Positions 1 to 11,875 of a stretch of 64,000 bases of DNA are shown here, in pieces. The notes beneath the pieces are model-generated. The model worked only from the letters and a program-made list of their open reading frames with translations, was not told the origin of the DNA and did no database searches. The position numbers and the translations under genes are program-made. Origin of the DNA: Octopus sinensis (Eukaryota). The first letter of the stretch is position 1, and the number at the start of each line of letters is the position of its first letter. The DNA lies in assembly GCF_006345805.1 (NCBI RefSeq), contig NC_043010.1, positions 45,198,001 to 45,262,000 of the forward strand, read 5' to 3'.

Positions 1-56
1 CAGTATGGCATAGTTTGATATGTGTACTTCTGCGTCCTCTATATCAGGGTTGGGGT

Positions 57-99
57 GAGTATATATATATATATATATCTAATATATATATATATATTA

Positions 100-141
<42 letters not shown>

Positions 142-165
142 CATATATATATACTATATATATAC

Positions 166-208
<43 letters not shown>

Positions 209-232
209 AATATATATATACACACACACACA

Positions 233-309
<77 letters not shown>

Positions 310-441
310 TGTATGTATGTGTGTATGTATGTATGTATGAATGCATGTATGTATGCATGTATGAATGTATGTATGCATGTAGATCTATATGTATTTATCT
401 ATCTACATATATGTGTGTGTGCGTGTGTGTGTGTGTGTGTT

Positions 442-480
<39 letters not shown>

Positions 481-560
481 GCGTGTATGTATATATGCAT
501 ACATGCATCCATACATACATGTGTGTGTGTGTATGCATGTATTCACATATACATATACTG
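57..560. repeat. Compound microsatellite (TA)n/(CA)n/(TATG)n/(TG)n
   Basis: Directly visible; explains the YIYI/VCMY ORFs in the track. Confidence 0.97.
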
Positions 561-903
561 AAAAGCAAAAACCGTTTACAGCAAGTAGTTTATATTTTTA
601 AAAAAAGTTGTCATTTGTATTTTAAAACGAATGAATTGTTTTTAAAATTTTGAATTAGGGAAAGGCGCAAGAAGAAATATAGAAAAATAAAAATGGACGG
701 AAGAAACGATAAAGAGAAAAAACAAAAAGATACGAAACAGCGAGTACAATAAATCGGAAAGTAGCAAAAGAAAAGAAAAAAAATCACTAAGAAAAAGAGA
801 AAATTCAAGAATAATAGAAAAGAAAGATAAGGAAGAGAAAGACATGCATTGTATCATTATGTAAACGGTCGTGATAATAATAGTTTGTTTGGAAAGGGAT
901 ATA

Positions 904-1409
904 TCTATATATATAAAACTCTAGTTGTGTGAGTGTCTGTCCCCTTCGATTTAGATTCCTAACTCCTCCCACATTTTGCGGTGCAGTTTAACCAAATTCG
1001 GGTATCTTATAGTCGTGATTCATATCGAGCCCGTCTGACTATTAGCGCGCGTCAACGATGAGTCTACGATTTTAAAAATAATTTAACATCATTTTTTATT
1101 CCATTTTAATGCATAAAATGCATCGTATGTCGATGGCGGCGGAGTTGGCGTCCACGCTCACAGCTGCACCTGTTTGCTTCTCCCCCTTCCCTCCCTCGTG
1201 AAGCTGTGGGGAAGAGAGTGTAAAGAAATCAACGTCGTAATGCGTTGTGAAGGAAACCAGCGTTCTTTTAGAACAACGACTTCATGGCTTGAAGACACCA
1301 AAACAAAAATGGCTAAGAAAGCCCGAATTTATAAGGGAAGTAACTCTCTAAAAATGCTTATATAGTTATTTCCCTTACAAACCCGAGCAACGCCGGGCGA
1401 TACTACTAG
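904..1409 (+). mobile_element. Non-autonomous Helitron, copy 1 of a head-to-tail dimer
   Basis: 5' TC (A|TCTATATATATAAAA), subterminal hairpin CCCGAGCAACGCCGGG, 3' CTAG, no TSD. Confidence 0.88.
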
Positions 1410-2035
1410 TCTATATATATAAAACTGTAGTTGTGTGAGTGTCTGTCCCTTTCGATTTAGATTCCTAACTCCTCCCACATTTTGCGGTGCAGTTTAACCA
1501 AATTCGGGTATCTTATAGTTGTGATTCATATCGAGCCCGTCTGGGTATTAGCGCGCATCTACGATGAGTCTACGATTTTAAAAATAATTTAACATCATTT
1601 TTTATTCCATTTTAATGCATAATTTTTCGTGTGTCGATGGCGGTGGAGTTGGCGTCCACGCTCACACCTGCACCTGTGGGGAAGGGAGTGTAAGGAAATC
1701 AACGTCGTAATGCGTTGTCAAGGAGACCAGCGTTCTTTTAGAACAACGACTTCATGGCTTGAAGACACCAAAACAGAAATGGCTAAGAAAGCGTCTACAT
1801 GAGTCTCCGATTAAAAAAAAAATTTACCATCATTTTTGCCATTTTAATGCATTTTTTCGCTATTATATAAGGGAAGTAACTCTCTAAAAATGTCTACGAT
1901 GAGTCAACGATTTAAAAAAAAAATTACCATCATTTTTTATTCCATTTTTAATGCATTTTTTTGCTATAACTCTCTAAAAATGCTTATATAGTTATTTCCC
2001 TTACAAACCCGAGCAACGCCGGGCGATACTGCTAG
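1410..2035 (+). mobile_element. Non-autonomous Helitron, copy 2 of the dimer, with internal partial duplications
   Basis: Starts TCTATATATATAAAA immediately after the CTAG of copy 1; near-identical body; ends hairpin + CTAG|T. Confidence 0.88.
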
Positions 2036-2368
2036 TAGTTTATACAGAAGCAATGGATGAAATGAAAAGACATGAAAAACGGCCGGTAGGGCAGTTTGAA
2101 GGGATGATAAAGTCTAAATGGAGATGAATTAGAGAAAGCGAATTGGTGGACTATGATTAAAAATTAGTTGTAAGTGGAGAAAATTACATGTATAATGTTT
2201 AGAAATAGAAAATTCGAAGCGCAGCATAGTAGTAAATTTAGGTGGCGAAAACTAAGACAATGGATCAGAGTTTAGGAGATGCAAATAGGAAAGGCTGTAG
2301 GATGGGCGCAGAGGGAGAGAGAAAATGGTCGTTTTAAGATTGGAAAATATTTACCGGTGTATGATCAG

Positions 2369-2432
<64 letters not shown>

Positions 2433-2439
2433 GGAGGAA

Positions 2440-2620
2440 ACAGCAAAAAGAAAAAACAACACGAGGATGTGGTATACGCAAAGTATTAATAAGATCTTCA
2501 GAGAAGGAAAGTAAGAGTGTTTTACTTCTCGAGAAAAACTCTTCTTCGGAAACAGGAGAGATGGGAAAGTCCAAAAGAAAAAGAAGGAAGAAAAAAATGC
2601 CAACAGTCCACGTGTAGTTA
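2440..2620 (-). mobile_element. Short PLE pseudo-LTR-like repeat with degenerate hammerhead (2520-2552)
   Basis: Similar to 6822-7020 and 41060-41235; minus strand TTT-CCGAAGA-A-GAG-TTTTT-CTC-GAGA-AG-T-A-AAA. Confidence 0.55.
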
Positions 2621-2654
2621 CATTTTGGAAAGACCGGAAGTAGATGGACAAAGA

Positions 2655-2830
2655 TACATGCATACATGCATGCATGCTTACATACACACATACATATATT
2701 CATACATACATACATACATACATACATACATACATACATACATACATACATACATACATACATACACATACACATACACATACATACAAATATACATACA
2801 GGCATACATATATACATACATAAATACATA
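2655..2830. repeat. (TACA)n microsatellite
   Basis: Directly visible. Confidence 0.95.
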
Positions 2831-2959
2831 CGTCTGTGTATTTGTGCATGTCTGAAACTTCAAAATATGCTGTAAAAAGACAGAATGAAACTGAAGAGAA
2901 GAATTTAAGTAGAGCAAAGTAACATAACATGACATTGTTCATTGTTATTTATGGAAATT

Positions 2960-4590
2960 GTTGACAGTTACGAAGCTTTCATATAGGAGATTCACAGCGT
3001 TTTGACTAAATGTGATTAAACATAAAACGAAATTACTTCAAAAAGCATGTAAAATGTTTAGCACTTGACTGTTAGCGTCAAAAATAGGTTATCATTATTC
3101 ATTCGATAAGTAAGGAATAAAGGGGTACTTTCTCTGATGAGGACATATAATAATATAATTCAATAAATCAATGTTATAATCAGTATATTATATTTTTCTG
3201 ATAATCAGAACAGACATTTGAATCCTTTTATGTAAGAGGATGCAGTTTCTGTGATTGAGCAGGTGATCTTGAAATTATTAAAGCTCCTTTCCCTCAGATT
3301 CTTGATATATTTAGAGGGGGTTGTAGTATAGTATTTTCTTTCTTTATTCGTAACTGAATGTAACCATATGCTTAGTATAGCGTGTTTTAAAGGTATTTTC
3401 AAGCGGACCCATGTAATGTTTAGCACAATCGTTTTCACAGTGGACTACACTTTTAAAAAGAATTTATCTTCTGGATATGTCAGTTTTTCCTTTTGAATTC
3501 AACTAAGGCGGTAACGAAATCATAACCGCAACCTTAATTGAGTTTTTGCCAAGACTTTTGTTGAACTTAATGGGAATGGAAATTTTTTCATTAAGATTAG
3601 AAAAACAGTATTATAACTTACATTTAAACTAAACGTTAGTTTTAATTATACAATCTACTGTTTTCTTTTTTTACTTGTGTTTTCAATGTTCTGTCTTTGT
3701 GTGTAATCTGTTCCTTGAATCAGCTTCTTTTCAATGTATCATTATAACAGTTGGCAGCGTTGTTAAAAGATTCATCTGAGGATATATGAGAGATGTGTTT
3801 ATTAATATTACTAATTTTTTTCATTAAATATCAAGAGGAATATTGAGGTATTTGATTTTTTGCTGTAATTTTTCGTTCGATTCTATGTAAGGGTTATTTT
3901 TTCTTGAATTTTATTTAAAATACTAACAAAACTGATGTTTATGCGACAGTGATTTTTAACTTAAGTTTTTGAATGTGTTAATTAAGTATTTTCAAAATCT
4001 ATCTAGTTGGTGGTTATTTTAATTACGAGAAACCAATTCATTTCCAAGTGGATCGGATTTTGTCCAGAATGAGTTTAGAATGATAAAACCCTATTAATTC
4101 ACATACTTTAGCTTCATCGAAAGAGACCATCGGACCGTCGAATAGATCAGTCCCCTGTGTTTGACACGGGATGAGTTATAAAAAAAATCAGAAATTTTCT
4201 AACCTGCATAATTACGCTAATGCCTGAATTGCTAATTGTTATGATTTTGTTATCCAGATTATAATGTTTTAATAGAAATTTGATTATGGAAGGATAAAAT
4301 TCAACAGTAAAAAATTTTGTAACTTTGCAGTTACGATTGTCATTTATGAATTTGCAGTTATGCATATCAAACCATTGGGATGCTATTACTACAAAGAAGC
4401 ACATGGTGGTTTATTAGTAACAATAACATTTAATATTTTGGCTGCTTTAACATTCAAATTTGCAAAGAAATTATTCTTGCGGGCATTTAATGCTAGATAG
4501 TGTTCCGAATTTTGAGATAGTCTATCATCCAATTTGGGATCAGGGATTGAGTCCTTTGCTTGTTTGTATATTGACTTATATGTGGTAGAG
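2960..4590 (-). mobile_element. Decayed Penelope-like retroelement: RT, linker, C-terminal GIY-YIG and 3' pseudo-LTR
   Basis: Minus-strand translation gives VEFYPSI (FDIVEFYPSI-like), MVSFDEAKVCELIG (MGSFDGAEVCELVG-like), SKYIKNLRERSFNNFKITCSI and KCLF*LSEK, all motifs of C-terminal-EN PLEs; many stops and frameshifts. Confidence 0.78.
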
Positions 4591-4759
4591 ATTATATATA
4601 TATACATACATACATACATACATACATACATACATACATACATACATACATACATACATACATACATACGCGCGCGCACACACATACACACACACACACA
4701 CATATAAGGTTTTATGTACAGTTATAATTTTAAAAATTACATTAATCTCAAGTGTTGCT

Positions 4760-5900
4760 CTATACTTTTGTAGAGTCCAACCACCCCAACAGCATTATCA
4801 AAAGCCTAATAAACAACATTTCTCTTAGACTTTCCTCTTCATCTTCAAAAATACTAAATGAAATAGCAACTCCACGTAACGAAGCAGCGGTTACAAAGAA
4901 AAAGCATAATATATAAATAACAAACCCCCCACAATAAATAAAAAAAACTAAGGATAGAAAAAGGACAAATTATCTGGTTTAATCTCTCCTGCAACATACA
5001 AGTCTCCTTTCCAATAGCTAAATTATTTTTCAAAATACTGCAAAAACACTCCTTCCCCAACCACATGTGCGAGAAGCTAATAAACATACTCAACATAAAA
5101 TTGCCATACTCTACGACCAAGAACTTTGAAAAAACCGTAGCCAAATACAACCACCAAAAATTGTCTAAAAGTGCAAACATAAGTCAAACCATAGTGTCCT
5201 ATTCTTCGCATATATCTATAGGCCTAAAATAATATAAAATACCCACATTTGAAACAGAAATATTTACACAACACATAGCTCACAGACTATGCCTCCATAA
5301 GCCACAAAGATTAAAATTTCTATCTAAACAACACCCCGACTAATAACCCCCTACCTTCCGAAAGTAAACAGGAAATACCTTAAATGACAACCATTAAAGA
5401 ATCTGAGCAGCTAAACCATACCACCTACTTACATTCCTTTTGTGAACCCATAAAAATTCCATTACAAAAAGTTGACACATCAAATTGCAAGGTTTGTAAA
5501 TACTGAGAAAAACTTTGCACCTTTGACCTTTACGTCGTCAAAACAAAAGATTAAATTCAATAAAAGCAAAAATAACTAAAACTACTGATTAAAAAAACTT
5601 CTTATACCAACCCACATAATTTTTGTGAAACACTAAAGAACAATTCCATTACTTGAAGCGAACACACCTTAATATGCTTACAAAGTTCTACATTCATGAA
5701 TAAATTCTAACCAATAACACAACCCCAAATTCAATCAATAAAAATTTATCCTAAACACCTCTCCAGCACAACCCACCCAACAACCTAAATACCATCCTAC
5801 TCAAACCCACATACCCACGGAAGATTTTAACTCAACAGAGACTATATAAAGCAAAAATTAATTTCGATACGTTGCAGTCCAACGATGGGTTAGCTAGACG
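4760..5900 (+). mobile_element. Decayed Penelope-like fragment (RT thumb/linker onward), 5'-truncated
   Basis: Translates ESNHPNSIIKSLINNISLRLSSSSS...RKGQIIWFNL...KLPYSTTKN, matching the PLE SNHPP / WFNPP linker; the 3' extent is approximate. Confidence 0.68.
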
Positions 5901-6049
5901 AAATTCTTGTTTAAGAACAATATATATATGTGTGTGTGTGTGTGCGTGCGTGCGCACGTTTGTGTATGTGTGTGTTTTGTGTGTGTGTGTTCTTTTATTC
6001 TTCTACTTGTTTCAGTCACTTGCGTGGGGTCATGCTGGAGCACCGCCTA

Positions 6050-6100
<51 letters not shown>

Positions 6101-6821
6101 CACACACACTCATGCCCGCACACACACATACACACACTGACAAACACACATATACATATGTATATGGGTGTTTGTGATATGAGTAGAGATAAATCTTGTG
6201 TACGTACAGTTGTCGGGCCCTACTAATTTCCTTTGTTAGCAGTTCCAAGACTGTTTTTAGAAATTCTGAAAGATCTCAGCTGGTAATCTAAGTGATGCAA
6301 AAAGCGTTAGAATATTACATCATCTGTCCAGGAGAGCTACTTTTAATACTTGAAATGTCTGGTTCTCTGGTGGGCAGCTGGGCATACCAAACTTGTATTC
6401 ATTTTTCTAGACATCATAATGATTTCCTTTCTCTAGAATGTACGCTTCCCCACTCATGCGTTTTATGAGAATTTTAACAAATACTTTCTTGGAGGAATCG
6501 AAATATTGTCCTCTTATTATCAAGTACTCTCCAGTTTGTAGACAGTGCACCTCTTCTTATTTATATTTGAAAAATGATGCCAATCTAACAACGAGAGGCT
6601 GAATATTTTTACATGTATATTATGTATGTCGTTTCATCATATTTGGACATATAGCTGCAAATCTCTTATACGAAACTTACTTTATACTTATCTCTGCTCT
6701 CAGCGTCAACTTTCTTCACGTTTTATATAAATCATAATGAAAATATATCATTTCACATACGTGTCCGCGTATCTGAAATTATATAGTTTTACGCATATAC
6801 ATATATATATTTCAAAATGTA

Positions 6822-7020
6822 ACCACATGTGAATCGTTGGCGAATTTTTTTCCTCCGTCTTCCTTTTCTATTAGACTTTCCTCTGTCTCCTCTTTCCGGA
6901 GAAGAGCTTTGCTTGAAACGTAAAACCACATTTCTTTCCTTCCTTGAGCGTCTGCTAATACTTTACATGTACCACGTCCTCATGTTGTTGTTTTTTGTAT
7001 TTGTTCTTGGTTTGTTTTTT
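6822..7020 (+). mobile_element. Short PLE pseudo-LTR-like repeat with hammerhead motif (6893-6925)
   Basis: TTT-CCGGAGA-A-GAGC-TTT-GCTT-GAAA-CG-T-A-AAA; homologous to 2440-2620 and 41060-41235. Confidence 0.6.
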
Positions 7021-7024
7021 TGAG

Positions 7025-8015
7025 GGAGGGGGTCCTTAAAGTTTTGTTACAATATCAAAAATTTATTACAAAAGCAAATAAATAGATAAATGTATGAAAA
7101 TTATTTCAAAATGAGGACTAGATATTGAAGTTTTTTTTTTCTTCCTTTAATGCATCTCTATACGGGCACCATTAGTTGCACAAAGCACATCAAGACAGAA
7201 ATCAATTTCTTGCCTGTTTCAATGTAGCATAGCCTTATCAATGGTGGTAATGGGATTCAGGGATCCTTTATTTCAGGTCATTGATGTCCTGTATCTTTGT
7301 TTGATATACAGTGCATTTAACATAACACCATAGAAAAATGTCCAGGGAAGTGATATCCAGTCAATGAGGTGCCAGGGAATGAGACAGCTATCCCTTCCAA
7401 TCTACCAGCCTGAAAATGTTTTATTTAGTAATCCATGATCATGCAGTCCCCAATGTGGTGGTGCACCATCCCGCTGGAAAATGATGGTTGGTTGATGGTC
7501 ATCCAGATGTGGTGCTACATATTCAGTCAAAAGATCAATTTGCAGAAATTGATCTCTCCTTGAAGAAAAATATATTCGTTTGCACATCATTCCACACCAA
7601 ACTTTCACCTTTGGACTATATCAGTAAAGTTCTGTAGTCATATGGAGGTGTTCTGATCCCCAGATTCTCACATTATGTATGTTCAGTTTCTCTGAAACAT
7701 GTAAGGTTGCTTCATCACTAAAACAAACTTGGATGAGGAATGCTGCATCCTCAGAAATTCGTTCCAGCATGTTAACTGCAAACTCTTTTTGTCTTGAGTC
7801 ATCATTTGGTTTGAGTGCCTGTAAGAGTTGCACTTTGTAAGAGTGCAATCGCAAGTTCTTGTATAGGACTTTGTGCACTGCTGAACGTGGTAGCTGTAAC
7901 TGTCTGGCAGCAGTATATATGGATTTTGTAGGTAAACTAGTAAAGTCTTGTCTTATACGATAAATGTTTTCCTCGGATAATTTTGGTTGCCTATTCCCCC
8001 CTTTATCCATTTCGA
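7025..8015 (-). mobile_element. Tc1/mariner-superfamily DD37D (maT-like) transposon, 5'-truncated, transposase pseudogene
   Basis: FSDEATLH, FQRDGAPPHW, frameshifted WPPRSPD 37 residues after the second Asp, C-terminal WQEIDFCLDVLCATNGARIE; TIR-like GGTCCTTAAAGTTTT at about 7031. Confidence 0.88.
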
Positions 8016-8820
8016 GTCAGTTCGAGGATATAATGTCCTCCTTAAGAATCATAAAATCCAGAGATTTTTTAAAATTCATATTTGAAAAAAAAGCAAAAAT
8101 AACTAAAACTGCTGATTAAAAAAAAACTTCTGGTGTTATCAATGATATATTGGGAGAATTCTCTCAATATGTAGTGATAAACAGTCTAATTTACATTTAT
8201 TAATATGAGAAAGCTGAGCAAAAAATATTGCGGATACTTATTTCATTTGTATCACAATAAGAACATAGCAAATACTTTAATACAAATAAAACTTAAATGA
8301 ACATAAATTAACAAAAATTAAGCATAAAATGTGCCTACACGTGTTTCAATCTGGTCACTAGTTAAACAGTGCTTCGGATCCGCAGTGTTCGAACCATGTT
8401 AAGTGTTTTAGATGTAAAAAATTACACAGTGTGACCAGATATCTTCAGGACAGCCTCGTGCAAAAGGCTAACGTGTACATTTTTTCATAGGAATTCAAGC
8501 TGTTGGTAAAAAAGCTTACAAGATAAGATGAATGAGGACCACATATTTATATGTTAAGTATCTAAGTAATGTAAACATTAAGTTGTTAGGGAAGTAAGAG
8601 AGGACGTCGTGGGAGTAATAAGGGGAAGTATTAGCTACTAATCAAAACTTTCTAAAAAGCTATTAGGGATTTGAAAAATAAACGGTTATGTGTTTTGAGG
8701 GACATTATGTAATCATTTAAGAAAATATATAGACGGCTAGGGGTTGTGAGGGACATTAGGTAATTGGGGTAAGATATTGTGAAGACGTTAAGTAAATAGA
8801 TTGAATCAAAGAGGAGAAAA

Positions 8821-8870
8821 GGGAGAGATAAGAAATAGGGAGAGATAAGAAATAGGGAGGGATAAGAAAA
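8821..8870. repeat. 17-bp minisatellite GGGAGAGATAAGAAATA x3
   Basis: Directly visible; the third unit is imperfect. Confidence 0.85.
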
Positions 8871-9949
8871 TTTTAAAAAATCAAAATATAGAGAGAAATA
8901 AATTTGCTGGGGGAAAGAATAACGAAATGAAAATCTTAGTTAATTGAAAGAAGCTAGAAAAGCAATAAGTGATTAGGGATATATAATATAAAATATAAAA
9001 ATATATATGTAGATTTTAACATTTTAAAGTTATGGCTAAGAAGGATTAGGCTATATTGTATACTTAGGAAAGTCTAAAATAGGAATTTAATTAAGGTTCA
9101 CTCGTAAAGAGGCTTGTATCTTTACTGATTAAGATCAAGTAATAGCGGAGGGTATATATGTAAAATAAAATTTAAAGATACAAATTTTCCATTCGATTAT
9201 GAAGAAAATTTTTCGTTACTTATTCTAAAGAAAGATTATTGCTATTAATATTATGTTTCATTTCAATGCAATAACAGATAAATTCAATTATTCAGAAAAA
9301 CTATTAGATGGATAAAAATATTATATTATACTTACTCCTATAAGGAGTTTAAAGATTTGTGCAAAATAAAGGAAAAATATTAGGTAGATTTTTTATAAAC
9401 CTTGCTACTTATTCTAAAAGAAATGTTATAAACAAGAACAACGGGGGAATGAATTCGGATTAATTGACAGATGAAAAAAAAAAAAATTAGAAAAAGGTGT
9501 GAGAGAAATAGAGAAAAATAATATTTGTTTTGCAAGCGAAGCATACTGAAAGTATGAGTATAAATTAATAAATTATGAGTATAATATAGATATAAGTATA
9601 CATGCAATTTTATGTACATATGTGAGTGAACTTACAATATTTAGATGCAGGTGGAGTCTCAGTTGTTATTGATGTTATGGTATAAGTATATAATCAAGAA
9701 TATAAGAGGATGGTAAAAATATTTTTAATAGTAGAGTGTAGTGGTAGTAAAAGAAATATCATCAAATAGGTAAGTAATGTTAGTGTTGGAACATATAATT
9801 ATATGGAATGTACTTATATTATAATTGAGTGAAGCATACAGAAAATATGAGTATAAATTGTGTGGATGATATAGATATATGTATATAGGCAATTTTATGT
9901 AATTGAGCTTACAATATTTAGGTAATGCAGAGTCCCAATTGTCATTGAT

Positions 9950-10530
9950 GCTATGGTATAAGTGCATAATCAAGTATATAAGAGGTGTATATAATTGAAG
10001 TATATAGAGTACAATTAACATTGAAGGGGATATTATAAATTATTGTATCAAGTTGCTATAATTTGAGATTAGAATTTGGGATTAAGTTTAAATTGTTTTT
10101 TGAATTATAGATTAAATATTGAATATTAAAGAGTTAAATAATATTATGGGAATAAAAATATGGGTTATAAGTATATCTCTAATAAGAAATGGTATAAAGA
10201 GTGGGTTACTAAATAATATGTAGAGAGTATATAGGTAATACTTTATTGTGTGATTGGAACATTAAAAGATAGGATTTATACAAAATATGCGATTAAAGTG
10301 GAATGTATGTTTAATTAGAATTGTTAGGTCTATATAGAATTTATTAGAATATTTATATTAGGTGTGTTATGTATTTTTATTATTTTGAGAGAAAATATGA
10401 TTAAGATCTAGAAAGTTTACTGAGCTGTACTCATTTTCGACAGAAATTTTAAGACCAAACCTATTGAAGAATTTATGAAATTTTTTCGAATTTTCTATTA
10501 ATAGTTTTAGTAATAAATAATGTATTGTCC
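9950..10530 (-). mobile_element. Highly decayed Penelope-like RT fragment
   Basis: [24 protein letters not shown] (GLKITV...VNFLD motif), followed downstream by SNHT (SNHP motif). Confidence 0.6.
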
Positions 10531-10532
10531 AG

Positions 10533-10533
<1 letters not shown>

Positions 10534-10578
<45 letters not shown>

Positions 10579-10591
10579 ATATATATATATC

Positions 10592-10623
<32 letters not shown>

Positions 10624-10649
10624 CTATATATATACATATATATATATAC

Positions 10650-10725
<76 letters not shown>

Positions 10726-10742
10726 ATATACATATATATATT
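10534..10742. repeat. (TA)n microsatellite
   Basis: Directly visible. Confidence 0.97.
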
Positions 10743-11112
10743 CCTACAATATTGGTGATTTGCGTCGAGTCCGTGGAGCCCATAGCTATGTCGAAGTAAT
10801 CGGGTGTGTCCTCCCTAGCCCAGCATTTATTGTCAAGTTTAATTAATGTTTTACGCGCTGTAAGTATAAAATTAATTTCATGTAATAGGTTAGTATGACT
10901 CTTAGGAAAGATGAGGGCACTATTTAGTACTGTGTGGCTTATTGGGGAGTAGTAATCATTTATATCGACCTGGATTAATTTATGTCTATCCTTATTATCA
11001 GTTCTATTGAACCAGTTGATTGTTTCCTGTGTACTAATTTATTTTTAAGTTGGACTACATATTTATCAAAAATCAATTTACTGAATGTCGGATTTTGCTG
11101 CGCAAATAAGTC

Positions 11113-11320
11113 AGAGTCGGTGCATGACTTGGGGGTTCACATGAGCAATGATGCAACATTCAATGTGCATATTACAGGGCTGGATGGATTCTGAGGCCAT
11201 TCAGAACCAGGAAAAGGGAAGTCCTGCTACTCCTATGGAAGACTTTTGATCTCAGCCGCTTGGACAACTACTTCCAGCCATGGTCCCCAGAGAGTGTGAA
11301 ACAAACTGTGCAACTCGATA
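11113..11320 (+). mobile_element. CR1/L2-type LINE RT C-terminal fragment
   Basis: ESVHDLGVHMSNDATFNVHI...GWILRPFRTR...LWKTF...SRLDNYFQPWSP (DLGV, GWILRTF, WSP motifs). Confidence 0.75.
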
Positions 11321-11620
11321 AATTAAGTACCAGTTACGCAATGGGGTCGATCTAATCGACTTAATCCCTTTGTCTGTCCTTGTTTGTCCCCTCTATGTTT
11401 AGCCCATTGTGGGCAATAAAGAAATAAGAAACGTTAGCACGCCAGGCGAAATGCTTTGCAGTATTTGGTCTGTCTTTATGTTCTGAGTTCAAATTCCGCC
11501 GAGGTCGACTTTGCTTTTCATCCTTTCGGGGTCGATACATTAAGTACCAGTTGCGTACAGGGGTCGATCTCATCGACTCGACCCCTCTCCCAAAATTTTT
11601 AGCCTTGTTTCTAGAGTAGA
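11320..11620 (+). mobile_element. tRNA-derived SINE family B dimer (core-tail2-core-tail1)
   Basis: Core GGTCGACTTTGCCTTTCATCCTTTCGGGGTCGAT...AAGTACCAG occurs twice (first copy partial), separated by the tail TTTGTCTGTCCTTGTTTGTCCCC...AAGAAATA. Confidence 0.85.
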
Positions 11621-11834
11621 AAAGAATATATATTCATCCACCTACACAAGCACATAATATCTGAAACAGACAATAAATACTCACACACGCAACACGCATG
11701 AGCACACGCAACATTCATAGACAACGATAACTTTCGTCCACATACATACACTATACACATGTACACTATTTGTTCACAGAGACACACACACATATACATG
11801 TGTATACACCACGTGAAAAAGCACACATTAGCTG

Positions 11835-11875
<41 letters not shown>

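Noticed and set aside
22-561. 179-aa and overlapping ORFs rich in YI/VC/MY
   Set aside because: Translations of microsatellites; the same applies to all HTYI/VCMY/poly-I/poly-L ORFs, including 47831-48715 (294 aa) and 44796-46554.
3134-3140. CTGATGAGGAC
   Set aside because: No complementary GTCC-GAAA downstream.
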